Assembly (NCBI GenBank): GCA_002633005.1
Contig: NMRA01000425.1
Span: 1 to 64,000 of the forward strand
DNA length: 64,000 nucleotides
DNA from: Phoronis australis
Lineage: Eukaryota > Animalia > Phoronida
Direction of reading: 5' to 3'
Shown one piece after another: positions 48,834 to 61,727 of this stretch. The translations under genes were made by a program, and so were the position numbers. The first letter of the stretch is position 1. Each line of letters begins with the position of its first letter. The notes beneath the pieces are model-generated. The model was not told the origin of the DNA, did not search any database, and saw only the letters and a program-made list of their open reading frames with translations.

Positions 48834-51800
48834 CAATAAGTAGAACAAAAAGTCCAAATGAAGATATATTCGAAACGCTTAACGACAGAATACAACGAGG
48901 AACCGGCAGGAAGTTAACAGAAACCACAACTCGAATACTATAGTTCAAACATACTGGCGTCACCACTTCCTCTCTCTCCCCCTTCCCCTCACCCTCCCCT
49001 TCCCTCTCCCTCTTCCTTTCTGTCCTTCTCTCAGAGGGTACCGGTGGATCGTTGGATGAACAGGATGGGAGACAGGCTGAGCTTGAGTCTGATAAGACTC
49101 GGGAGGGTCCACGATAGGGGGGGGTGAGATGTGACGGCTGTTCCGGTCAAAGTGAGTCATTGGGGGAAATCTGAGGTTGGGTCACCGAAAACGGTGGAGT
49201 GTCAGCAGGTCAAAGTCGGCATCGTCATCCGATGGGCAAGATAAACCTCGAACAGGTCCATCAGACGGAAAGGCCGTACTGGGAACAGCATAAAAATCGG
49301 AAATCGGCGCACGGTGTAAGCCTTACTGCGAAATTGATAAGAGGTAAACTTGCGTAGCTCACACCAATCATCAGATATGGCAAACACCAAATAACGCTCC
49401 AGAGCACGTGTCTTATCCTTGTCGCCTTTGAGGTACACTAACTCGCCGACAGTAAGCACAGTCGTAGAAGGAGCGACAAGACGACGAACCTTAGAAGTAG
49501 CACAAGGCCTATGATATCATGGTCCACCACTGGAAGCTGAAAACTTTTGAATTGGTCGCGTTGGATCCATAGTTCACGCAAAGATAAACCATCCCGACGC
49601 GGACGGGAGTTGAGATAAGATGTGGCAAGTGACACGGTCACTGGAGAAATGGGACAACCATCTAGGGATAGACGTAGGAGCACCATTCCCAATTTCTCTA
49701 TAGCACGCTCTCCAAGAAGGTTTTTATTCGGGTTCTTGACACTTCCAATATCTAGGGTGAATTCCCCGCGAAATAGGCTGCTAATCGATCTTCAAAGCAA
49801 GAAAGCCAGGAGCCGACTCAACACGTATCGTAATTCAACCGTCACGAACAGGACTAAGATCAGACCACATGATCAACAAGGCAAAGCAAAGTTTATCGTG
49901 GGTATCGCCTGAAAGAAGCAGTGCTAAGGTGTAGAAAGTAACAGTGTCCTTTAAGACCAGTATGAACAGTCGATAGCGGCGCATGACGTCAGCGGCGAAG
50001 AAGGAGCCAAAGACACCTGGAGCAGGTGAAGTGGACTGCGGCTGGACAGCTTTAGAAACGGAGTCGACAGCTTTGTCCAGATCTACAGCAAAGAAGTAAA
50101 GATTAAACACACGTATGATCTGGAAACGAGAAGGGTGACCGAAGCGGATATGGAGAGCAGTCAGGAGAATGTCAAGTACGGATCTTGGTACAACAATGCG
50201 ATCTCGCGGTGGATGCAAAGTTTCACATGATTTGACCACTAACACACCATCTCGTGCAATGGCAACGTCCTTAAGGTAACGTTTGACGTCGGCAATTATG
50301 GTCAGCTTTCCTGGATGGCCGGGTTCCTGGCGAAAGATGCGCGTGGGTATGTCGTAGCTCGGGGCAATTTTGTTGAGTAACATGCCAGGCGGCAAGGCTT
50401 GTGAAGGGCATGTGAGACGAGCCGTTGATGACGTCAGAAACAAACAAACCACGGTCGATTGAGTCCTTAAATTTGGCGATGAATAGGCAAACTTCACATG
50501 ATAGCTCTGGGCACGGTAAGGGATTCCTGTTAGAGAAGTCTGAAGGCAAGTTGGTGACATCGGCGATATGGCGTACACGAATGCCATAGCGGCTCAAAGT
50601 GAACAGGAATGTAGAAACTCTGACGCTGTTTGAGAACTCGCCGCGATTCAAATTTTCATAAGCCTGAACACAAGGGCGGCTATGTGTTAAAACCTGTGTG
50701 GTATGATCAGACTGGATGACGAACGGAGCAAAGTGACGGACAGAATCAGCTATGCATGGTGCTTCCATGTCGCAGGGTAGTGCTTTTATTCGTAATTTTT
50801 CGTAAGTGAAGCTTGCCGTCTCTGTTGACGATCAAGATAGCAGCAATGCCACGATTCTTGTCAGACCCATCGGTGACTATCCATAAAATGTCTTGAAGCA
50901 GGTGTAGCGTGATGACTTTGGTGTTGGAAAGGGCATCGTGGGAAGCCTTGAAAGCGGAAAGTAAATCATAAGACCAAGTGATATGTTGTTTCGAATAACG
51001 GCCTGCGACAGTACGTTTCAATGGGTCCAAGAGGCCTGCGTAACCCTCTAGGACGCGACTCAACACCTTGTAAGCACCAGTATAAAACCCCAGTCCGTGA
51101 ACACTGGACAGGGATGATACCGAAGACAACGCTGCGACTTTGAGAGCTTGCCTGCAAGGCACCACTGGACTATACCCACCCAAGTACGACGATCGATTTA
51201 GGACAAATTATGATCTTTCTGGCGGATAAACGAAGGTAATTATACTTGAAGGCCTCTAAAACACGACGCCAGTTTTGCAGGGCTTCGTGGGGGAGGGTAG
51301 AACCACCAACGTACAAATTATCGACAATTTTGGCAACATAACTTTCTTGGACTAGATCGCCCAAGACGCCAGACATCAGTTCCTCAAGGCACGTCTCAGA
51401 CCCGGGAATGCCCATTGCAGAACGGGTTTACACACGAATGCCTTTGTATGGAATGGCGACACCACAATACTTCATGGAGGAATGACTAAGCAGAATTTGG
51501 TAGGACTGCAAACCGAGACAACGAGGAACTTTCACTTTGCAATATCCCGTAAGACACTATTTACGTTAGGAATTAACGAAGGTTGAGGCTTGTTGTACTG
51601 GGTAACTTCACCAAAGGAAGTGACAAGTCTATTACCGCCATTGGACTTCTTAACAAGGAAGTACGTGTTGAGATACTCTACTGTGACGTTCCTCAGCTCC
51701 GGCTAAGCAAAAACATCAGAATTCTCTANCGCCGTTGCATTTGGAAATGACGGGGTTGAAAAGTTCATATTCGTGGTGTAAGTCGCGGAACTGCTGGCGT

Positions 51801-53849
51801 ACACTGAAAAGTAAAATGTTGTCCAGGTCGAAACATACAGCGCCAGAGATGAAGGGGCACTGGAGGTGAGCCTCCTGGGGGAGATGAGATAACATATTTG
51901 GCATAAATGTTCACCGTTGCGAACAAGAATAGGAATGTCAGTATCGTTTTTCAAACGAACGACGTTATCGATAGAGGTCACCTCTTGGGGCAAGGCCAAT
52001 CGTGCTCTGGTTTGCAATGCAAGTTGAGACGGCTATCCAAGCGTGGTTCAACGGCCCGCGAGGCGTCAGAGTGGGTTGAGGTAGGAGTACACAGGTGGAG
52101 GTATTCACCAAGGAGAACAACTGAGGGCTTAGGGCTCCACAACAAAAAAGATTGGGTTAAGCGGGCAGTAGGAGTAACGTCGACATGGGTTGATCTGCCG
52201 TATGTGACAATCTCGGTGCCCTAAATGATGACCTAGCGTTTCACAGGACGAACAGCTATGTCATTCAGGGCAAGAAATGGGTTACTGGCGAGAATGTCGA
52301 CCTCGAGGTGGCGGACGACCAAACCATCTAGTAAACGGAAGTTGTGGTTACCACGATGTAGCAATGTACTTCACCGGTGACGTCAAGAGGAGCGACACCG
52401 TCGGCCTGGCGAGCCAACTGGGAAGCAGGTGTTATGTGAAACCAAACATCTTGGCAGCAGAAGCACGAATCATGTTAGAAGTGACTAAGGTATCAAGGGT
52501 GATGGGTACAGGGTGATCCTCGTTGAACACCTTGAGGACAGGGGACTGAAGAATGTGCACTCTACCAACAGATGATTCGTCGAGTAACGCGCATCGCTCA
52601 AAGCTTTGGGAGACATTCTCGTCATCTACCCCCTCGTTGGGGGTATCAGGTTCGGAATCAGTGCGTCGGGATTTGGCAAAGGCACGTCTGCTACTCTCGG
52701 AATCTTCAATCGAGTAGTGTGAAGTGTGAGGGCCACCAGCTGTCTTGCAAAGCACGCAAGAGACAAATTTTCTACGAGTTTTGTCGTGGAAACCACGATC
52801 GACGACACGCAATGCTCGGGAGTCTTCGATGGAACACAATTCATCCAGGAGAGAGGAGAGCGCTTGCGAAATCTCTGGTTTCAACGAGGCCACGGTTTTA
52901 TTACGATGTTCCGAACCGTAACACTGCTTCACTAACTGGGTGGATCGACTGCAACCATAAACAACATACCATGTTCTCCAATGTGGGGCGGATGTCCTCG
53001 TCCTGGGTCACAATATCTCCGTGATGGGATAAGCCACAACCTATTTGTAAGGAGATTGTCCTCAGCGAAGGCGGACAGGCGTTGATAAAGATCTTCGGGT
53101 CCTTCGTCCGGTTAGAGCACAATCATTGACATGTCAAGAAACTGGGAACCTGTGGCTGCAAAGCCAAATTGCTGGAGTATTTTTGCCAAATATCTGACAG
53201 CGATGTAGACTGGCGGAAAATAGAATTTCTGCTGATAACAGGTCAGTAGTTAGAAATCTTTCCAAACTTGACTTCGAGATGGGCGTTTTTTTGGACTGTC
53301 ATGCGGCGAGACGCCGCTGGAATTAAGTCCGCATCGTCAGCGAGGCCTTTAAGTAGCGAGGTCGAAATTTTCTTGAGCACCTTGAAGTTGTCATCGATGA
53401 AACATGCAAAGTTTTCGTCCAAGCTGAGCACATAAGTCAAATTTTGCCGCCATTTCTCAAAACTTGTAATAGTTTGTTAAACACCACTGCTTTTGGGGAC
53501 AGGGACATAATACATGTATATAGTATGTACACAAGAATATCACGATTATGTAACGTACGAGTTAAGGAGTAAACGCCGAGCGAGTAGCGTTGGCAAGTTG
53601 CTTCCGGTAAACGAGAATTCTGTGGGTCGAAGTTGAGTTTGGGATGTCAATGCCCATATACGGACTATACGCGCTTGATTTTGTTGGCGTGAGAACCACC
53701 GCTGACACCACGCCAATAAGTAGAAGAAAGAGTCCAAAGTGAGTGAAGATACATTCGAAACACGTAACGACAGAATACAGCAAGGAACCGGAAGGAAATC
53801 TAACAGAAACCATAACTCGAAGACAAGAGTCCAAACATACTGTCTGGCG
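48834..53849 (-). mobile_element. Decayed Gypsy/Ty3 LTR retrotransposon (gag-protease-RT-RNase H-integrase) with diverged LTR remnants at 48834-48959 and 53714-53849
   Basis: gag WRQNLTYVLSLDENFA; protease ITLDT; RT MGIPGSETCLEELM..KIVDNLYVGG; RNase H LWIVTDGS; integrase LHIRFGHPS, KNKNL.ERAIE, LNSRPR..GLSLRELW; PBS-like TGGTGTCAG next to the 5' LTR; purine tract before the 3' LTR; many frameshifts. Confidence 0.92.
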
Positions 53850-54484
53850 CTGCGTGACTTTTCTTTATGATAAGGACTCGGCACTTTGCTCCAACTACAA
53901 CGCAGAGGACTCCATAATTCGGTATAAACGCAGTAATATATTTGGGTGGCAGGTAAGACACGGGCTTAGATGGTAGGTTAATATTATTTTATCCCCCCTC
54001 GTCCTCCCCCTCGATCCCTCCCTCCTATTCCCTTCCTGCGTCGCCCGTTACCTCTCAGTTTGATTCGACCCAGTTCAAGGTGCAACCATTAATTGAACAA
54101 AAGTGTTGCATATTTCCTAGGATTCCTTTACTTTGCTGAGATTTTACATTTCACATGCACACACTCCCAGCTTCTGTAGGGGGACTGTGTGGGTTCAAAG
54201 AGTTCAGTAATCTGAACAAAAGTGACCCAAATCTCTATTATAAACAACATACTAAATCACGAAGAATCAACATTTGGTCGGACTTCAAAATCACTTGCCC
54301 GGACTTCAAAACCAGATGAATGGACTGCAATCAATGGCTGGTGGTCAGGCCTCACACCAGGTTGACCGATATCGCAAAACCAGATTATCACCACCAAAAA
54401 ACTGGTTGTCCGGACCTAAAACGGGGTTACCGGTGCTGAAACACAACTGCCGAACAAATCGTCGATTTTGAACAAAACAAAGTG

Positions 54485-54627
54485 CACGGGTGGCGCACCA
54501 TAGTGGGCTGGGGCTATAGCCCCCCACTTTTTTCAGTGCTTCGCCGAACATAAATCTATAGGTGGTGCCCCACAGGGGGGCAGAGAGGGCTTTATTCCCC
54601 ACTATTTTCAATGCTGCGCCGCCCATG
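54485..54627. mobile_element. 143-bp MITE with a 5-bp target-site duplication (AAGTG)
   Basis: Termini CACGGGTGGCGCA / TGCGCCGCCCATG, inner inverted repeats, and AAGTG at 54480-54484 and 54628-54632. Confidence 0.75.
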
Positions 54628-54885
54628 AAGTGGTATGAAAATGAACACTGTCAGTCGATTTCATAAAAGTGGACTTAGACCAGGTTTAAAGATAACCCGC
54701 ATTTCATGAAGTTGGTTTAACTTTTAGACCATTGGTCTATTAAAACCTGGTTTAACTCCAGTTGTAACCTGGTCTAAGACACTTTTTATTTCACCACCGT
54801 AGTTGAAGTTTCTTAGACCTGTACTGAGGCTTTAAACCAGGTTTAACTTTAGAACTGGTCAGACCCAGATTTAACACTTTTAAAG

Positions 54886-55912
54886 ATGGCTGACTCAGAC
54901 TTGCGAGATATACATGTGCTCTATCGAACAGGTGAAAGACGTTGCGGCGTGCGTCGTCGACGCAATTTTAGAGCGAGACTAAACTATTTGGAATTTTACG
55001 ACGCGACAGACTTCAAAAATCGGTTCCGAATGACAAAACAGACAATGAGAGACATCATAAGACTGGTCAGAAACCGACTAGCACCTTTAGCTCTGAGAAA
55101 CCAGAGGTATTACGTCAGAGCTACCACTGCTTACCTGTCTGTGATTCTATGCAACCGGCAGCTATCAACGCGTCGCAGGCGACCTGAGCAGCAATAGTGT
55201 GGCATCTGTCTGCAGGATTGTGCTGAGGGTAAGCGAGGCGATCGCATCACTAAAACCACAATACACCAGCATGCCCTATCCGACAGAAGCCAACAGAATC
55301 AAACAGTTTTTTTCGCGTTGTTCATTTCCCTGCAGTTGTCGGTTGTAATGATGGTACACACATCAGAACTGCTTGTCCATGAGGAATCAGGAATCGTGCC
55401 GCGTACGTCAATCGAGGTTTTACTCGTTCAATGTACAGGCAGTATGCGACGCATCAATGATGATTCGCAATGTCAGCCCACGACAGCATAATGTTTCGCA
55501 ACAGCACACTGGCAGAAAAGCTTTAAAATGGAAGGATCTGGGGTTCATTTCTTTGCGACAATGGATATGCGTGTGAAAGATATCTATTGACCCCTGTACT
55601 ACGACCAACCACAGATGCAGAGGTGCGTTATAATACTGCCCACAAACGTACTCGAAATATCATAGAGAGGGTTTTTGGGACACTTAAGAGACGTTTTCCC
55701 TGCATCAGCATATATTCTCGACTACAGACACTGCCCAGGCAATCGTTGTGTCGCTGTGTGTATTGCACAACATGTCAAGATCGAACGGGGACGAAGATTA
55801 CATTCCCCAAGAAGATGATGGTGATGAAGACCTCAACATCAATGTTGTTGCACGTGACGGGCAAAGAGGACTAGTGTTTAGACGTTTGCTGATTCAACAC
55901 CATTTCGCGTAA
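54886..55912 (+). pseudogene. Harbinger (HARBI1-like) DDE transposase, frameshifted
   Basis: [67 protein letters not shown]. Confidence 0.9.
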
Positions 55913-56094
55913 TAACAAAGAAGTGTTTGAATTGTAAATTGATGAACAAGTCATAAACTCATATGTTGATGTATATAAATATATATATTCATACGTTTTG
56001 TTCACACAAACTGAAAACAACGAATGCATGCTTGATGCACTTGTCAAAATTTAACAAAATCTGACTACACAGTAAAAATCAGTGTTCTTTCTTA

Positions 56095-57470
56095 CGTTAA
56101 TGTACTTATTGCTTTCTATAGTTTCTTTTCTTCCAAAAGAAGAACTCTTTCCTTGAGGTCCATGACTTCCATTTTCCTGTAATGCTCTTTGCGTTTCATT
56201 ATCAGAATTTCGGCAGGTACAATTTCGTTGTTATAATTGGCACGCGTAGAAGCTGAAACAAAATATATCAATTGGATTGAAAGCCAAAAAGTGTCACAGT
56301 GGTTTCTTCTGGTTGTAAATTTTTCATAAATCTATATACATGTAAGGAAAATTGTTACAATACACCGATTCTTCGTTAATTGGACATTCTGAAATCACGA
56401 AAAGTCAAAAATGTAATTATGAATTGTTGGCACCAATATTAATGGTTAATTTCAATCGATGACTGGTTTATAATTGTTCAATGTAAATCTATAAGTTTTT
56501 CACACAGAGGCCCAATGAAATATCAGTTGTCCTATATATCATTCATGCCGACCTTCAAACCAACCACGCGCATATAAAGCGTTATGAAATTAAGACAACA
56601 TTCTTTTTAATCGTTTATTTTAATAATTACGAAACATGCAATCCCGTTCATGCGACTTTGTCAAGGAAAACGGCGTTAAATATTAAAGTGTCTGAATAGC
56701 AGTAATGGTTTCGGAATAATACATAAAATTTCTCATGATACGGAAAATATTTCTGCAAGTGTTTCCGCAAAAACGCCTACCATGAACGGGACTTACATGT
56801 ACATGTAGGTTCATGTATGAAAAAGCTGCCTACCTCGGGAATTTAACGGCTTTTCTGACTCCACTGCTTTTATAGCACCAAGAGGGCTTCTCAGGCGCAA
56901 TGGAGCTTGGTGGCTTTGTGGCGTACCCTGTCTACTTATCCCTAAGTACATGTAGACTTTTCTTGGTTGTCACGCGCCGGACTCCGTGTACTCGAACTAC
57001 CTGCGGGACTCGAAAGGGGAGACGGTGTTTGCTGTGTATTCCTTTTGCGGCTCGTCCCGGGTGCAAGGCTCCTTGAGCACATTGAGACTGAGTTATTGTG
57101 GACTGCATCGACTGTGGCTGATAAGAAGACAGCAAATTCAAATGTTGACCTGTACCTGTTGCAGTGTGTACCTCGGACTCCGTAGAGTCCGACTGGCTAA
57201 GCAGGGCGTCATCGTCGTAAGCATTTCGGCAGTACTGACGACGTCATCGTCTAGGATCAGGCCTTCATTTTTTAGCGTTTCCAAAAGTCATTTAACTGTT
57301 TGTCGTTGCGTTTTTCTGATGGCGGGAACTGTGCAGTCTAGACCCAATGTCCCTCCAAGCCTGTTGCTTCCGTTAACTTGTTTTGACGTCACTTTTCTTG
57401 TTCTCTATGACATCAAGTTTTTCTGCAATGAGTTCCGTCACGAAATTTTTTCTACTGATTTTATTGATGA
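56095..57470 (-). pseudogene. Harbinger accessory Myb/SANT-like DNA-binding gene, decayed and intron-containing; boundaries approximate
   Basis: ELIAEKLDVIENKKSDVKTS*RKQQAWRDI resembles the MSANTD/Myb-like N-terminus; convergent to the transposase as is usual for Harbingers. Confidence 0.65.
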
Positions 57471-58233
57471 CAGTGCCACCAGAAAAATACTTCCGCACTG
57501 ATTTTACCAACAACTGCGTGATAGCAGTCATTGAACCCACGTGATCACAGTTCCATTGGACCACTTTAATAGTTTTTTTGTTGGGTTTACCCAGCTCGAC
57601 ACAGTCGGGTGCCTTTGATACTTTAAACCTGGTTTTACTGAACCAGCTTCCTGGTCTAGCAAAACCAGGCTTTCGGACTCTTAAACCATGTTGGTGAAAT
57701 GCAAGTCAGATCTAAAATAAGATTAGGTTTAGGAAGACCAGGTTTAAGTCTTAAACCTGGTTTTGTTAAACCACCTTTATGAAATCGGCTGCATATGTCA
57801 CTTGAATCCTTCGAGACATTGAAAACAAGTTTCTAAGGAAGTTCTTTCGTCGTGTGAGATAACCGGCCGACTGGTTATAGCACCGGCCATCGTGTTTTGG
57901 GTCCATCCAACTAGTTTTTTCGCCTGTTGAAGGGCGGACAACACGTTTGATCACCGGCCATTTGGTTTTGCAGTCAAGCCGATTATATGTCCGATTTGCC
58001 TTCTGATTGATCGGCATGTGATCGATGCATTATTAATACAGAGGAAAAATTACCGCAACTAATGATTTACTTAATAATTTTAAAGGTGCTTCCGGATTGT
58101 TCTGCTGAAGGTATGACATAAAAATTTAAAATATATACGACATTTAATGCTTAAGGTCATGTAGGACTCTAGAGAAATGTCCAAATTTGACTAAATTCGG
58201 GCAGTAGGCCACAGGAGGCCTAGAAAACCACTT

Positions 58234-61214
58234 CTGTGACCATTTTAGGGGGACAACTTAATTCAGGGGCAACTTAATTCCCACGTTTAAACTTGCTCAT
58301 TTTTGTGAAATTTGATGTTAAAATTGTGCCGATTCAGCAAATTTTACATGGAATTAAAAAAGTTAGAGAAGAAGAAAATTAAGTGTCCATAAAAGATGAT
58401 ACTGCAGATAATATTCCTACAGTCATTATAAATACAAACTTTGTTATATTTTTCAATTGAAACGTAGAACTATGGAAGAAATATGAATTTATGGGTGCCA
58501 CCTGTTGGTGAAATATGGAACTACCATTCATAGTGTTTTATGCTGTTTTTACTGTTGGTGAAACTATAATTATCAAACTGTCTATGAATCACTCTTATTT
58601 TATCACACATTTACTATTCTGTCATACAAAACCAATCACTTCTACAAGTCCAAAGCATGCAATTTTTCAAAAAATGGCGACAAAAAGTACAGAATAGCAA
58701 CAAATGCAATTGGAGGAAGTACAAAATGCCGAGAAATTGACAAGATAAAAAGCCATTACTAGAGATGTAAATATGAAAATAGAAAAATGTTTCACAAATC
58801 ACCAGGCTCACTGGGTCAGTTACTTGCCTGGTTTCTGTCTCTTGATGAGACGTCTTTCCAAGTTCCTCCGGCTGGGATGCAAGTCCATCACACTGTTACT
58901 CATCATCTGACTCAATTTCAACACTAACTTTGACATTCCCACAGTTTTGGCACTTGCACATTTCAGTGCATTTTAGGCCAGCATAAACATAAAGAACAAA
59001 TGTTTGTTTAACAACAATTCACTCTGATTCCGTTTTGGACTAAGGAATTGTAAAATAAAGTAAATTCTCTGTAATTTCAATTTCAGATTTCTAGTTCGGA
59101 CACGTACATTACAACCTCTTTTGGATAAAGTTTCCTCGAGGAGTGACCTTAACAGAGTCAAATGCAATATTTCCCCATGCAAGATTATTGCTCCAAAACT
59201 TCAAAGCAAAACTCTTGAAATACATCTGTGAAAATTTCACTATCGTTAGATTTCTGTTTTGTCAGTAGTCTTGTGAAGCTTTTGTAGCAAGAACGATGGT
59301 ACTTGATTTCGAGTGCTACTAGATCTCTTCCCTGTACTCTGATTAAAAGTCCATGCCATTTCCTGCCTTAGCAGCATCCAAAAACAACCCACCTACAACC
59401 AAGTAAATTAAAAATAAAAACCGTTGTTAGAGTTTAAAAATACAGAAAGCATTGTTGGCCGTTCCTGCAAAATGATCGATGTTGACATGTACTGATTTCT
59501 TTATTACAAGAACTGAATGGAAGTACAGACAATGATCAAAAGGCAGATAGTAAACACTCAAATAAGACATGCATATATACGGCCTAGCGTGTTGTGCTCA
59601 AAATTGAAAAAGATACCCATGGGTTTGTATGAAAAATGGTCTTAAAACAAATTTTTGTTTGAAAATTAGCATACAATTTCAGATATGCACACAAGTCTTT
59701 ACAATCATGCAAGTATTCTAAATTGTACTTTCACTCAAAGAAATTTTGTTATTTCAAAAACACATAAAAGAAGAACTTTTGAAGATAGTGTTCCAACAAC
59801 ACTGTACATAATTACTTAGAAAGCAAACAAACAACAAACTATGTTGAATGAGTAAAACCTCAATAAAAATGACTGTTCTCAAAATATTTGCTACGTGCTT
59901 TGTTATTCTTCAACCATAAGTGTGAAGCTGCACCTGCATCTGAAATAAAGGCACCTATGCGCCTTTTAGCACAACCTGAGAGTAAAAGTAGCTTGAAAAT
60001 GTTAAAGGTGGTGCCCCAGATATAGGTGCATTCTGTAATCAATAATTACATTATAGTAGAACTAGTAAAACTAAAAAACGACTAGCGTCGGTACTAAAAT
60101 ATATTAAAATATCCCAACGTTTTGAGCGATGCGCTCTTTGTCAATGATGTGCTATGGACTATTTTATATTTTTATTTATCGGTAACCGCACGGCATTCCA
60201 ACATGTATTTGATTTCAGTACTGGGACTTTGTGCGTGGTTCGTTACTGTAGGCCTCAGCTAATCACTATTTTACTCTATTTTATGTTATTTATTCACCAA
60301 ATTGTACATGTGTATAGCTGTCTGTATTTTACTTCATGTAATTATTACCGACTGGGTCCACTTGAAAATCAGTGTAACTATTCACTGAAGTGGTCACCCA
60401 GTCTTTTAAAGAAGTTTGAATACATAAATAAATAAATAAATAAATAAATAATGACATTGATGGCCAATCACGTGGGCCCAGGGTGTAATCTCCAAACTCA
60501 GACTCAAAGCCTAACTGTTCACAGTGCACAATTCAAGTAAATTTACTAGAAGTGACCTGTTTCCTATTGAGGCACTGACTCAATGACTTGCATCAATTTA
60601 TCATACTCCCACGAAAAATTTAACCCTCACCATCATCTTGGTCGTAATCAGGGGGTTCTATTCTCGGCATACTTTATAGTTTCGCAATCTTTCCTCTTCG
60701 CTCTTTCAATCTTTGAAACGCCAATAAGCTTGTGATTTGTGATACTACTGCCTGGAACTCACGTCAATCCCTGAAGTTACTTGATGCAAATGCCAACTGG
60801 TGACACACATTGTGCTCATTACTGTCTTCATCTCCAAAGGAAAGCCATTCTTTCACACAGTCAATGCTCTTTGCCCATGTCACTTTCGAGAAACTCAACA
60901 AATTAGATGAATTTAGTGCTTGAAAGTGTATGCAGCATTTATAGACAGCATCTCTAAGGGAGCCGCCATGTTAGATTAGGTCTGCAGTTACTTAATTTGT
61001 GATCTTGTGATTGGCTAAAATGCCATCTTGTGCTAGTCTTTTGTTGGATTTAGCGCTACCTCTTGTTCAATAATGTAACATTTGGACTGACAAAAAACTA
61101 TTTTTCTACAAAAAGTGTGCAACTTAAAACGTGGGAACTTTTCAGGTATCAATTGCTTAATGGTATATCTAGCCATACAGAAAAAATCAAGTTGCCCCCC
61201 TAAAATGGTCACAG
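58234..61214. mobile_element. ~3-kb DNA transposon derivative with ~26-bp TIRs; superfamily not assigned
   Basis: CTGTGACCATTTTAGGGGGACAACTT at the left end and AAGTTGCCCCCCTAAAATGGTCACAG at the right end; no intact internal ORF. Confidence 0.75.
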
Positions 61215-61367
61215 GATGAAAAGACTGGAGCTACGGCCAATGGCCTGGATAACACGAAAAAGTTTTCTCCTTAATCTACTATTCTGTATCAATAAATGAA
61301 CAGTTTATGCCCTACTAACACGCGTGTTTACACAACATTCGAAAACTACTCAGACTAGCTAAGTGTG

Positions 61368-61370
<3 letters not shown>

Positions 61371-61435
<65 letters not shown>
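61371..61435. repeat. (GT)n microsatellite
   Basis: Visible dinucleotide run; explains the HTHT/VCVC ORFs. Confidence 0.98.
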
Positions 61436-61436
<1 letters not shown>

Positions 61437-61727
61437 ATGCGTATACGCGTGCGCGCGTGTGTGTGTACGTGCCCGTGTGTGTGCGTGTGTATATATGGGG
61501 GGTTTGGTGGGTGTGGGTTAGATTTAGCGCAAAAATGTAACGAAAAATGGCGCAAACCAAGTAAATTGATAGGCAAGACGGGTTTAATGCCCCTTTAAGT
61601 ATTCGTATAAGTGTATGGTGCCGACAAGGTGCAACTGGAATCAGTGTTTTTTCTTTTGCTGAAGACATTGCAATTGGGAAAAGATGCACTCGCCCTGCAG
61701 AACGCCGAGTAAGTGACACAGGTGCAC

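Larger units (their letters stand above)
54652..57791. mobile_element. PIF/Harbinger DNA transposon, full-length but decayed
   Basis: TIRs CAGTCGATTTCATAAAAGTGG / CCACCTTTATGAAATCGGCTG; subterminal AAACCAGGTTTAA-type repeats at both ends; two convergent genes. Confidence 0.9.
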
